From a virus (lineage: Duplodnaviria > Caudoviricetes): a DNA stretch of 55,667 nt. The notes under the pieces were generated by a model. It was not told the DNA's origin and searched no databases. It saw only the letters and a program-made list of their open reading frames with translations. Made by a program: the position numbers and the translations under genes. The DNA is taken from positions 1-55,667 of the IMG/VR virus record IMGVR_UViG_3300009163_000042; one strand, 5' to 3'. This document shows, one piece after another, positions 1 through 11,300 of this stretch. Within the stretch, counting starts at the first letter, position 1; the number at the start of each line of letters is the position of its first letter.

Positions 1-302
1 AATGTAATACCACCACCATCGGCTGTGGCATTCGTAGGACTATCAACGGCACCTAATTCAATGTTCTTATCATCAACGTTTAGAGTAGCAGTATTAATGG
101 TAGTACTAGAACCAGTAATAGTAAGATCACCGGTGATAGTAACGTTACCACTAATCGTACCGCCAGCTGTTTCAAACTTTTTATAATCGAGCGTGGCAAA
201 GTTCAAGTCAATATCATCATTCGACAATTGACTTCCACTTACATCTGCGCTTCTTACGCTACCTACAGCTGGTTTTGAAACTCTGTATTTTAGAAATGCC
301 AT
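1..302 (-). CDS. tail fibre/virion structural protein, N-terminal part (runs off the window edge)
   Basis: Not in the ORF track. Manual translation from ATG at 302: MAFLKYRVSKPAVGSVRSADVSGSQLSNDDIDLNFATLDYKKFETAGGTISGNVTITGDLTITGSSTTINTATLNVDDKNIELG...; fibre-like GDLTITG/TLNVDDKNIELG motifs; AAGGA SD upstream. Confidence 0.75.
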   Translation of the reverse strand, partial: MAFLKYRVSKPAVGSVRSADVSGSQLSNDDIDLNFATLDYKKFETAGGTISGNVTITGDLTITGSSTTINTATLNVDDKNIELGAVDSPTNATADGGGIT

Positions 303-329
303 TTCTTTTTTCCTTAAATTTCTATACTA

Positions 330-337
330 TATTTATT
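330..337 (-). promoter_or_regulatory. T4-type late promoter-like element (AATAAATA)
   Basis: One mismatch to the gp55 consensus TATAAATA, intergenic, upstream of a structural gene. Confidence 0.5.
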
Positions 338-341
338 GACA

Positions 342-1793
342 TTAGAATACATCTGAACTGCCATAGCCAGTAGCATTACCTTGATAATTATATTCAACAT
401 CTGGAATTGGAGGAGGGGCAAACGGTGGATACATAGCACCAGAAGTATTATTCATCGATCCACTTATAGAAGTATATGTCGGTGTTTCATTTCCAAACAC
501 TTTAACCCAGGCAGAATTTCTCTTAACGTAGACATTAGGAATTGTAAGCCATTGACCATTTCGTTTTACTTTAACTTCTTCAATAGGTTTCCATTCATTA
601 ATTCCTGTTACTGTTTCAACTGAGTTTACATTATAATTATCTCTTGTAGTCCAAAGGGGAATTCCTGTTGCAGTGCTACCACTATAAATTCTAGCAGCAA
701 CTCCGCCAAGGCCTCCAAGATTCGTATTCTGTATAGTTATAGTATGATAACCTGCTGTAAGCTTTACTGTTCTAGAATTAATTGAATTCCAATTACTTAC
801 TTGAGACTTAGATAAATCTATCATTGTAAAATTATCTATTTTCATAATACCATAATCATTTAGTGTTAATTGTATATGATAATTTCCGCTTGTGGGAAAA
901 TACACATTCCAAGTAAACGTGTCACTTCCAATAGTATTTTTTACTGGAGTATAAAAATCATATGCATATGCCCAATCCCATTCACTGTCATCTGACATAA
1001 CTCGAGAAGCATATACATATTGTCCGCTGTATGGTTGAGCTTTAGCTATAGAATCTGGTGGAGGCGATGAGCTTGGTCCATATACTTTTACACCATCGAT
1101 AACTACGCAATACGATTCTGGATAAAAGTAAAAATATCTAAGTTTTCCCAATACGTAATACCCTGATGCTCCAGCTGGTATCGTATTAAAATCAGTACCA
1201 GTCCATCCTCTTGTAGTTGGAGCTGGTCCAGCAAATGGATTAGTCCATTGATTACTAGTGTATGCTCTAATATTGCTACTAATTGCAAGTTTATAAGATA
1301 GATTTAATAATCCACTAGAATATGATAGCTGATCCAAATCGTTTAATGGAGTATAATACTTAGGTTCTGATAATGGATTAATTTCACTAAGAGTGGTCCA
1401 AATCTCAGTAATTTCTGATGTGAATGTTTCAGAAACTGAAGTAACAGAAGTTAAGATTTGTTTTAGATATGTTATTCTTCCGCCAACGCCAGCAGGACCA
1501 CCATAATTTCTGGCATACGCTGTTACTGTATGCCAACCAATAGTAATACGTTTCGTAACAGTCGTAGTTAATAACCATGAACTAAAGTCACCATCGCTAG
1601 TGTATACTATGCGCGTGTCATCTACCAATAACTCTCCATAATTATCTGCAGTTAATTCAAAAGTATAGTCCTGAGTAACTGGAAAATATACTTTCCATGT
1701 TAGTTTACACGATATATCGCTGCCTATACTTCCAGTTCCTGGAACATCTCTTAAAGGCCCAGACCATACAGCATAGGTATTCATAAAACTCAT
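342..1793 (-). CDS. virion/tail protein with two PA14-like beta-sandwich domains
   Basis: Two copies of WxVYFP..YxFxLxxDxYG..xDx...GxHTxT...NxGGxxGV; fibre-like C-terminal VKRNGQW repeat. Confidence 0.65.
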   Translation of the reverse strand: MSFMNTYAVWSGPLRDVPGTGSIGSDISCKLTWKVYFPVTQDYTFELTADNYGELLVDDTRIVYTSDGDFSSWLLTTTVTKRITIGWHTVTAYARNYGGPAGVGGRITYLKQILTSVTSVSETFTSEITEIWTTLSEINPLSEPKYYTPLNDLDQLSYSSGLLNLSYKLAISSNIRAYTSNQWTNPFAGPAPTTRGWTGTDFNTIPAGASGYYVLGKLRYFYFYPESYCVVIDGVKVYGPSSSPPPDSIAKAQPYSGQYVYASRVMSDDSEWDWAYAYDFYTPVKNTIGSDTFTWNVYFPTSGNYHIQLTLNDYGIMKIDNFTMIDLSKSQVSNWNSINSRTVKLTAGYHTITIQNTNLGGLGGVAARIYSGSTATGIPLWTTRDNYNVNSVETVTGINEWKPIEEVKVKRNGQWLTIPNVYVKRNSAWVKVFGNETPTYTSISGSMNNTSGAMYPPFAPPPIPDVEYNYQGNATGYGSSDVF

Positions 1794-1823
1794 AGTTTTT
1801 CTCCTAAATACTTTACTATATAA

Positions 1824-3434
1824 TTAACCATTGTAGTATGATGGTGGCATAGCGTTATCTTCAACTTGGATATATTCCCAGTCTTGTAGATATGGAGCTT
1901 TTGGATAATATGCTGGAGTATTTACTTTAGTGTATTCCACTCCATTTACGCTTTTCGTATATACGAATGCGTTAGTTTGCAATGAATCGAAGGCTGCATA
2001 TCCATTTGTATCATTGTCATATACATTAACATCCCAATTGCCTCCATATGAACCAGCTTGTCCTACATTAATATCATATACAGGAGTTACTTCTGGTGAA
2101 AGGTATGACATACCATTAGAACCAGCTTGTCCTCCAGTATCACCGCCTGGAGCAGTTCCGCCAGATCCGCCACGATATCCACCACCGCCGCCGCCAGCAC
2201 CGCCGCCGTCTCCACGATGATATTGACCAGCTGCACCGCGCGTATCATATAATCCATTCGCTGATTGCGAATACGCATAAGCTCTCCTAGGAACTAAATC
2301 AATATCAAATGTAGATCTAAAACTAAAACACTGAACTACGTTTCTTTGAAAATAACCATCTGATTCACTAAAAACCTCTCCCATATATTCAGTTGGGACA
2401 GCAAGTTTTGGAGAAATATTAACATTGTTTGTTACGCCCTGAACTATCTTTCCATTTATAACAACGATAACCATCGAGCCATTAAAGAGCTCTACAGAGC
2501 CTTCATTAGCACCATCATAATATGCTCGACCAAAAACATAATATCCAGACTGCCCAGGAGCAAGTATACCATGCCAAGGATCCTGACTCATTGATCCAAC
2601 ATATGTTTTTTCTACTATAGGATTTGCACTTATATATCCAGGACCGAAACAACCGCCACCGCCACCGCCACCACCGCCAGCAGCAATTGCAACAATATTA
2701 TTACTGCCATAATTAGGCGTCTGTATTCTTTCTTCTACATCATAAATTGTAATAAAATCGCCACCGCCGGGCCAAGTTTCCCAAAGTGCATATTCAGATG
2801 ATATGAATTTATTAGCCAAATATTCAATTGGAGGATAAGTTGTACTATGATATACTATAGCGCCATTAATAACTACCCACCATTCGCGCAAATCACGCTG
2901 ATTATTAATACTATTGTTTCTAGTTAAAGCTTCAGCGCTTCTAACGAAAAATCCATTACTGGTTGCAAGTGGACGTATTAAATAAAATGGAGAAAAATTA
3001 CCAGTGATGTATGAAGATTTATGAATGACAGATGTATAAGTATATGTCACTTCTCCAAGAGTTGGCGTTAAAGAATTTTTCCATAGCACAGTGGCACCAC
3101 CGCCACCACCGCCAGAACCACTAGCGCCACTAGGCCCAGAGTTTCCTCCTCTGCCTCCAGAGAAACCGTCTATTGAAGTTCCTCCTACACCTCCAGGTTG
3201 AGTATACCAACCTCCAACCCCTTGGAGGCCTCTACTAGCCACAGCACAATAGAGAATATCTCCCTTTTTTAATGATACTTTTCCATTTAAAGTATCACCA
3301 CTTATACCTGTAGATGGGCCATATCTATCATAGCCTCCAGGTGCACCTCCAGCGCCAACTAATACAAACGACAAAACGCAATCAGCGATCGCGGTCAATT
3401 TTTTAATTGTGCCATCAAATGTAAATTCAATCAT
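1824..3434 (-). CDS. glycine-rich adhesin/receptor-binding protein (gp38-like glycine-rich architecture)
   Basis: Poly-Gly segments (GAGGAPG, GGGGGAT, AAGGGGGGGGG, GGGGGGYRGG) separated by aromatic-rich variable segments; follows a tail-fibre gene. Confidence 0.65.
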   Translation of the reverse strand: MIEFTFDGTIKKLTAIADCVLSFVLVGAGGAPGGYDRYGPSTGISGDTLNGKVSLKKGDILYCAVASRGLQGVGGWYTQPGGVGGTSIDGFSGGRGGNSGPSGASGSGGGGGGATVLWKNSLTPTLGEVTYTYTSVIHKSSYITGNFSPFYLIRPLATSNGFFVRSAEALTRNNSINNQRDLREWWVVINGAIVYHSTTYPPIEYLANKFISSEYALWETWPGGGDFITIYDVEERIQTPNYGSNNIVAIAAGGGGGGGGGCFGPGYISANPIVEKTYVGSMSQDPWHGILAPGQSGYYVFGRAYYDGANEGSVELFNGSMVIVVINGKIVQGVTNNVNISPKLAVPTEYMGEVFSESDGYFQRNVVQCFSFRSTFDIDLVPRRAYAYSQSANGLYDTRGAAGQYHRGDGGGAGGGGGGYRGGSGGTAPGGDTGGQAGSNGMSYLSPEVTPVYDINVGQAGSYGGNWDVNVYDNDTNGYAAFDSLQTNAFVYTKSVNGVEYTKVNTPAYYPKAPYLQDWEYIQVEDNAMPPSYYNG

Positions 3435-3436
3435 AT

Positions 3437-5059
3437 TTAGACTTTAAACCAGAAGTCACCTTCTACCGCTGTTGTTGGCTCGGTGGTTTGAATAAATTTG
3501 CGAGAGGTTCCCCACATCGGTTGCTGCTCGTCAACATAAACTTTTGACGCTCTTGTAGAAACTGCATTAGAAATTGCATTATTCATACCTGTAGTTGTGG
3601 TATAATTAGTGAACGTAGTATCAGTTGCTGTCTTAGTATAATAACTAGTTAGTGCTGTAGTTATTTTACCATCTACTTGAGTAGAAGTAGAATAAGAAAC
3701 CAGCGCGGCTGCAATCGCAGCATCAGTAGCTACGCCAGTATAATAATCTAATAAAGTTTTACTAATTCTATTAACTACATATTGAGTATTAGCTATTTTC
3801 GTAGAACCAACTTCAATAAAAACAGGTGCTACAAGCGCATTATATCCAGGATCACCTTGAACTCTAAATCTTCCATCAGTTGTTACTGGTGTTGGAGTAG
3901 TTGGGAAAACATCATTTGCATCTTTTGTTAAAGCAGGAGCTGCAAGAGGTGCTTTTAAATTTAACGCAGTATTAATTTCTGTTCTATGTAACCAAACAAA
4001 TTTTGTGTTTGCAATTGTTGCGCTATTGCTAGAGATTAATGCATCAGGAGTTTGAGCGCTTCCAGTAAATACTGGATTTTCTAATGGCGCGAATGTAGAA
4101 GTTACACTATTTAAGCGATAAAATAAATTTGTAGTATTAGCCCAAACATCTCCATTTTCTGGAGTAGTAGGTTGAACGTTATATGGAGGAATTCTTAAAG
4201 AAGCATAATTAGCTGCACCAGGAGCTAATCTTAGTCTACCTGTCATTTGCTCTCCGCCGCCAATACCAACTACTGCAAGGTTAGTACGAGCACCTACTGC
4301 ATCAGTAGAACCAGTTCCACCATTAGTAATTTGAACTACACCATCGACATCAGTTGCAACGTCGGCGTGATCAGCATTATATGCATCATCGGCGTATCCA
4401 GTTAAGTGACCAATAAAATTAATTGCAGTTAAACTACTATCGCCGTCTCTTACTGCGATAGTATTTGGTGCAGATGAAAAAGAAGGTAGCTTATCTTGGA
4501 GTTTCCAAGAGTTTAAATTTGCTTGAGCAGCACTTAATGCATTGATTTTATCTCTTACAGAGGTTGAATTAAAATCAATTGTGTTTAGTTTTTGAGTTAA
4601 TGAAACTCCAAGATATTTAAAGTTGTTATCTAGTTCTTCAATGGTTAATGGATAACCCTTTTCAGCACGAAGAATAATAGAAGATGGAATGCTTGCACCT
4701 TGAATCTTTAAGTTAATAGAGAACTTTTCAAATTCTATATTTCCACTTCCTACTGTAGTACTTCCATTAGTACTAATCACCCAACCAGTATCTGCTAGGT
4801 TATCGCCTTCTTGAACGAATACAATCGTACCACCATCTACACTAGATGCTGCTGCAAAATCAGAAGCTCTAGTCCAACTTCCATTAGAACCAATTGTGTA
4901 TATGCCGTTCTGAGATCTATCAGTTTGTGCTTTAACTAAAATTCTATTACCAGATACGACAATGACTCCATCAATCCTACTTGTGCCTAATGTAAGATTG
5001 GTAGATAAGTTTACATACTCTAAAGTACCTAAACGTACAGGATTAAACGTTGTTGCCAT
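3437..5059 (-). CDS. tail fibre protein
   Basis: RILVKAQTDRSQNGIY...WTRASD N-terminal module, NGGTG, KAPLAAP, IANTQYV fibre motifs and C-terminal EPTTAVEGDFWFKV. Confidence 0.8.
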   Translation of the reverse strand: MATTFNPVRLGTLEYVNLSTNLTLGTSRIDGVIVVSGNRILVKAQTDRSQNGIYTIGSNGSWTRASDFAAASSVDGGTIVFVQEGDNLADTGWVISTNGSTTVGSGNIEFEKFSINLKIQGASIPSSIILRAEKGYPLTIEELDNNFKYLGVSLTQKLNTIDFNSTSVRDKINALSAAQANLNSWKLQDKLPSFSSAPNTIAVRDGDSSLTAINFIGHLTGYADDAYNADHADVATDVDGVVQITNGGTGSTDAVGARTNLAVVGIGGGEQMTGRLRLAPGAANYASLRIPPYNVQPTTPENGDVWANTTNLFYRLNSVTSTFAPLENPVFTGSAQTPDALISSNSATIANTKFVWLHRTEINTALNLKAPLAAPALTKDANDVFPTTPTPVTTDGRFRVQGDPGYNALVAPVFIEVGSTKIANTQYVVNRISKTLLDYYTGVATDAAIAAALVSYSTSTQVDGKITTALTSYYTKTATDTTFTNYTTTTGMNNAISNAVSTRASKVYVDEQQPMWGTSRKFIQTTEPTTAVEGDFWFKV

Positions 5060-5062
5060 TGA

Positions 5063-5302
5063 TTATTTTCCTCTAAGAACTTGGCTAAGCATTTGCTTTA
5101 TTTCTTCTATATCAGACTTTAGAGAAGCAATTTCTTGCGACTGTTGTTCTACTATTTGTTTTTGTTTTTTTTCTGAGAATCTTTTTCTCTGATATGCAGT
5201 AAATTCATCATCATTAGTAGAAACTATAGCATGAGAAGACATGTCTCTTACAAAAGATTCATGCCCTTCTACTTTTGCGAATTGTGGAATTACGCGGCGC
5301 AT
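5063..5302 (-). CDS. small coiled-coil protein
   Basis: KVEGHESFVRDMSSHAIVS...LKSDIEEIKQML; this type of gene commonly follows the DUF4815 gene in T4-like phages. Confidence 0.75.
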   Translation of the reverse strand: MRRVIPQFAKVEGHESFVRDMSSHAIVSTNDDEFTAYQRKRFSEKKQKQIVEQQSQEIASLKSDIEEIKQMLSQVLRGK

Positions 5303-8300
5303 GCAATTACTCTAAAATCTTTAATACGTGGTACCTGAGATTTATTTATGGATTTCATAACTAGTTTAACCATCACACTATCAAATGCATCTAATCCTTC
5401 AATATCACATGTGATATCAGTGAATTCAGTTAAAGACTTAGTATAGCCAGATTTTGGTTCAACTTTATTATAAGAAGATGCAATAAAGTCTCCGCTTACG
5501 CTTAAACCTGTTTTATAATATACTTCAACATTTGCATCTGGTGGAATAACTGCTGCAAACATAATTTTAAGCATCTCGGAAGGACGTGAGAAATTAATTT
5601 TCTTAGTCACATATTTACTATGAGTAGAACCTCCAGATGGAGCATAATCTGATTTAAAGTGAGATAACCAGAATATCTGTGCACCTATTGCATTAACAGT
5701 ATCTTGAATAGTGGTAACTCCATCAAATCCAACTAATGTGATATACAACACCGGAGTGCTTCCATTTAAAACTACTGATATGCTCTTAATAACCATATCG
5801 CGAGTGGCATTAGTAATTCCATTATACGTAAATCTTAGAACATGACCAGCTAATAAATTATTAGAGCAATGATTATATAGCGCAGTTTGAGCTAATGAGT
5901 CAACTGTTAATGATTTGCTGTCATCAGCATTAGTTACTAGAACAAATGGTTTGCCGCTTCCAATCTCTGCATTATGAGAATTTACAGTACCGCCACCAGT
6001 CAATCCACTACCAGAAGCTGATGCAGTAAATGTAATTCCAATTGATGCAGCTGTAGTATTAGACGGTCCTCCTACAGTAGAATAATTGGTACCGGCTGTT
6101 GCAATAGTGTAAGTTACACCCTGAATAATAGAAGTTGCAGCAACTCCATTTGCACCAGAAATTCTAAAATAATCTAACTCAGTGTCATTAACTGATAATG
6201 TTGGATCATCAATTTTATTACTTACGAGAGTCATTGCTAGTCTTCCTAGATCAATAACTGGAGAAACAGAATTTAAAGATGAAGAAGGATATAAGGTAGC
6301 AATAACACTTAATCCAGATGGGAATGTAGTGCTAGTATAATTCATAGAAGAAGGATATACTTTCGTTTCTGGGAAAGTATAATTTTCTTTTGGAATCATT
6401 GGAAATTCGCTTGAAACATCGCTATGGTTAATTACTTTAGCGCTATAAGAAATGCTTGTTCCAGGTGGAACGATTTCTGCAATCTCAATCATCGATGTCT
6501 GGAATTCATAGTTTTCAGTCGCAGTAATATACGAACCTCCAACTTGTCCACTTGCATTAGATGCAGTTGGGAACTCTACGATATAATAATCTAATTCTAC
6601 ATTTGAAATTGTATATCCAGTATTTCTGAATATTTCAGTTGCTGGAATTCCATTAATACTATCAATGACTTGACGAGAAGTAAATTTAACAACTTCGCCA
6701 TCGATCATACCATGATTTGAATGATTAACTCTACACTTCTTACTTCCACTAATAAAGTTAAATGGGTTAAAATCTAAAGTTTTAGCAGATAGTTTTGGAG
6801 GAATCAATTCAATTGATCTAGACTGAGAAGTATCAAATACTGCTCTACGAATTACAAACTTCATATCCTGCGTTTGATCAGCAGTCCATGTAGAACCATT
6901 CTGCGATTTGAATAGTACGCCATTATATGGCTGAGAACTAATTCTCACCTTTGTTGCTACATCAAGAGTATCTGTTTGTGAGATCCAAATTTTGTATATG
7001 TTAGAATCAGATAGCGCAACTAATGCGTATTCAACACCATTTTGTAAAAATACTGGAGAAGGGAATGTAAACGTTGTAGCTATTGTGCTATCTGTACTAG
7101 TAGCAATAGAAGCTGCTTTCTTCTCAACTCGTGAGAATGGAATAACAGCACTTCCTGGATAGCCATTTACAACTTCACGAATTTCGATTCTCATAGGAAT
7201 CTTTTCGTCTTTACTTTCAAAGAATAAATCAATTGAAGTAATAAATGCTCCACCTTCTTGTTGAACTAAGAAAGTTTGTGCTAGTGGATCGAACCAACCA
7301 GTATCACGCGTTACTCTATCGCTTGTGCTAACGATTGTATTTTGATCAGAAACTTGCGTAGAAGTAACTGAAGCTGTTCTTGTAGAAAGAATTGTACGTT
7401 GTTTAATTTCTACTAAACCATTTGCCTCATAAATCATTCCTCCACTCGTAGATTCTTGATCTCCGCGTGTTGCTGGATTTGTAGAAGAACTATCAGAGAA
7501 GCGAAGTTCACGCTTACCTGTTCTAAATTTAACTAATGGACTACTTGGAATTCTAAAAATACCAGTGATTAGACCAGTTAGCGAAGACACTAAACTTGTG
7601 TAATCTGTTCTTCCACCAGATACAAACTTTGCTCTTGGTTTTAAACCATTTGTTGAAAGATATTCGCCTTCAAAGTATGCATTACTTGCAGTCGAGAATT
7701 GACCGTTACCCTTAATGTTTAACACATGAAGATAATAATCAGTTCCATAAACTTCTTGTCCTACTACAATAGCAGTATTGCCAGTAGCAGTACCATTCAC
7801 GTATTCTTTAATTACTTCACCGTGGTTGAATGCTACTTCAACTTCTTCAGTAGTATGTTTAGGACCAATAACCTTAGCAGATACGCCAGATTCTGTTGCT
7901 GCTGTCCATGCTGGAGAAATTACTAAAGTATCATTATCAGTAATAGCAGTTACGGTGTATTTAGTCGGAGTTCCAACGTTTAGAATATCACCAACTTCAA
8001 CCTGTTGAGTAAATGCAGTTGCAAGTCCTTCAACGCTAGTGCTATTTAATGTTAGAGTGATTGTGCCAGAAATAGCCGTACCGTCACTATAGTATACAGT
8101 ACGTGTTGGTTCAGAAACTGCTGAGCCTGCATTACGCACTGTATCAAACTTAGCTTCATATCCATCTATTTTAGCAACTTTTAATCTAGTTGCTGGAGTA
8201 ATATAATCTTCTACAGATGTATTATCGAAATATGAATACATTCTTGTAGATGGTTTAAATCCATACCCCGTAAACAATACTGCTCGTGGACGAATATATG

Positions 8301-11300
8301 GAACAATCTGTGTATCAACTACACGATCATCAAGAATTTTAGAATCAACTTTATCGACTATAAAGCTTCTTACGCCCGCACGTGCTTGGGTTGTTTCTGT
8401 TGCAGATGTTTCAACTGTGACTACACGTGAACCAGCAACACTACTTGCTTGAGCAGACCAAACATCACGATTAGTATTACCAATTAAGTCTAGTTCTTCT
8501 GCAGTAAACGTAGAACGACTACGCCAGAAAGTACCACCGTTATTAGAGGCATTAAGAACTTCATTATCAGCTGTCGACCATTGACCAAGATTTGATTTTC
8601 TTTCTGCAAGAGACTTAGTAGAAGAGAATACTGTTTGCCAAGCATTCCATACTGTACCTAGAACTCCATCTTTTTCAGCTTTAGTCTTAACAGCAATATA
8701 TTGGCTTTCATCAGTAAGAATAATATCAGGACGATATTGAGTTGCAAACCAAGTGTCAGACCAAGGATTAATATCCACAATTCCTTTCCAGCTATAAAGA
8801 GCATACGGATTTAAGAATTCTGATATAGAAGCTTTACGCTGTGCAATAAGTTCAGTTTCAGTATACGGCAATGTAACTAAGTCACCAGAAACTTTATATG
8901 TTCTGCTTGCAGCAGATACGTTTTCAAGTAGCGAAACCTGTTTTTGCGAGAAGAATGGGCGAAGTTCTTTGTTCTTCGTATCAACAGAAGCATTCCAATC
9001 TTCAGATCCAGTATTACCAACGCCCTGTCCATCAAAAGAATCAACTAAGAATCCATTTTGATAACGTTCATTACCGTCTGCGTCAACAATTCTCATGTTT
9101 TTGGTTTCTAACTCAGTTAAAGTTAGAGACGTGTAATACTCAAGATCTTGAATACGACGCTCAAGAGAACCAATATCACGCATAGTATAGCGTTTATTTT
9201 CTACTCTATCAACTAAGATACCATTATTACGGCTTCCTTTAAATGTATACGGTTCTACACTTAGTCTTGCCAATTTCATAGAATTGGCTGGAATAGTTGG
9301 TTCAGATGGAAAATCTGATGGAACTCCGCGATTAAGAATAAATTGTCCAGTATTAGTTAAAGAAACATTATCGATTCTAGAATAGTAATGTGTATATTTA
9401 AATGATGCAGTAGTTCCATATTTTGGGAAGTACTTTAATGCAAATCCAGCTCCACTGGCCATTGCACGGAAGTCGACAGAATCACGAAGAGATAGATTAG
9501 ATACTGAATAAATCTGATCATACGTCATACGTGAATCATCAGAATACGTATATGAATTTACGCCAAAGAATCCACCTGGATCTTGAGAACCAGTGGCAAG
9601 ATATTCATATGAAATTCTAATAGGACCAGTTGGAGCAGATTGACCAGGTGCTAGTGTAATGCTAGCTAAATCCATATGACTACTCTTTTGTGAAGAGTTG
9701 AAATTATATCTAGAAGTAATATTAAGACTATAAACTGGATTTGCTGCAGTCTGAGTAGTAAATCCACGTGCATCCATCAATATAGATGTAATGCGAGTAA
9801 CATATGGATGTCCTAATGTTATAGTAGTTGCAGTAGCTGCAGCTTGAGCTGTAAGTTGAAGCGGTGACGCTAAATCAGTTACTGTAAAATTAACTTCTGC
9901 ATTAACTGCGTCTGATCTTTTCATTGCAGCAAATACTGTATAAGATTGAGTGTTAGTCAATCCAGTGATAGTAAGTTTATTATTAGTTGCAGTTAAATTG
10001 CTTCCTGCTACTAATGCCACAGCAACACCAGTAGTATTATTCATTAGAACATAATTGTCAGAATCAAATATACTTTCGAATGTATATCCAGTTGGCGCAT
10101 CCTGTTCAATCTTTGAGCTAGATGCAACTTTAGTAAATGGTATTACCACAGAATAAGTTGCTTCTAGTATACTGCTTACTGCATAATCTGGAAGAGCATA
10201 AATTAATGAATCTCCTACTGGATTATTCATCGCTGTAATGCCATTTTGTAATACGGTATTACATCTAAATGCAGTTGCAGAATTAGCGTTATTAGTAATA
10301 GATAAAACGTTCTTAAAATCCTTAGCAACATTCATCTTGACATCAAACAAAAATAAATTGTAAGTCCATAACGCTGGGCTGACATTACTAGTGTCAAGCT
10401 TTTCTAGTGCGCGAACTCTTGCAGTACCAATAACAGTACCAGTTGAAATGCTACCTTTAACTGCACTATGTAGATTTACAGTCGGTAAATCAACTAAGTT
10501 TGGAAAATAATCAAGTCCAGTTACCTGTACGTATGATCCACTTGAGACATCAATATCAACAGTTTTACTAGGAGAAATTGAATCCTGTATAGCTGGTAAA
10601 GAATTTGCTGCAAAGAAAGTTGCTAAAGCTGCACTACCAACTGGAAGATTTCTAGATTTTTGAATAGGTAAGAATTCTGTAGAAAGTTTTTCAATTTCGT
10701 AACCACGAACATAAGCTTTTCCACTTTCTACACCAATACAAGAATGACCAGCCAAACGGATGTGGTCATTTAATGTAAATGTAGAATATTCAGAATCGCC
10801 TGCTGTGAATGTGTATACGCCCTGATTAAAGTCAGGATATAAAACATATTCCCAAGTAATATCATTATCCGTTATAGAATCTATAGTTTGAAGACTAAAT
10901 CCAGTTGGCTTATTAGTTTTAAATGCAGCGGGTTTAGAAGATAAGTTCGAACTAGTACCATTAGTTACTGCAACGAAATACCAGAATCCAGTAGATCCAT
11001 CGGTAACTTTGATGATATCTCCTTGAATGAATTTCTCACCTGCAGCCCAATCTCCACGTAAATTATTACGTAACTCGCGCACTTGCATATTAAATGGTGA
11101 TAATGAGTAATCTCCGGATTCATCATATGTACGACGAGCAAGAGTCTTCTCTAATTCTGCGTATTGTGTACGATCAACTTTAAATATAACTCTGCCTTCT
11201 TGTAAAGCTAATAGATCAATAAAGTCTTCATCATTTGACGTATTGAAATCTGAGAATGGGCTTGCACTAACTCTTAGGTCTATTTTACTAAGCACTAAAT

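Noticed and set aside
2130-3130. GC-rich ccgcca/ccaccg runs as a repeat array
   Set aside because: They are poly-Gly codons of the adhesin gene on the minus strand.
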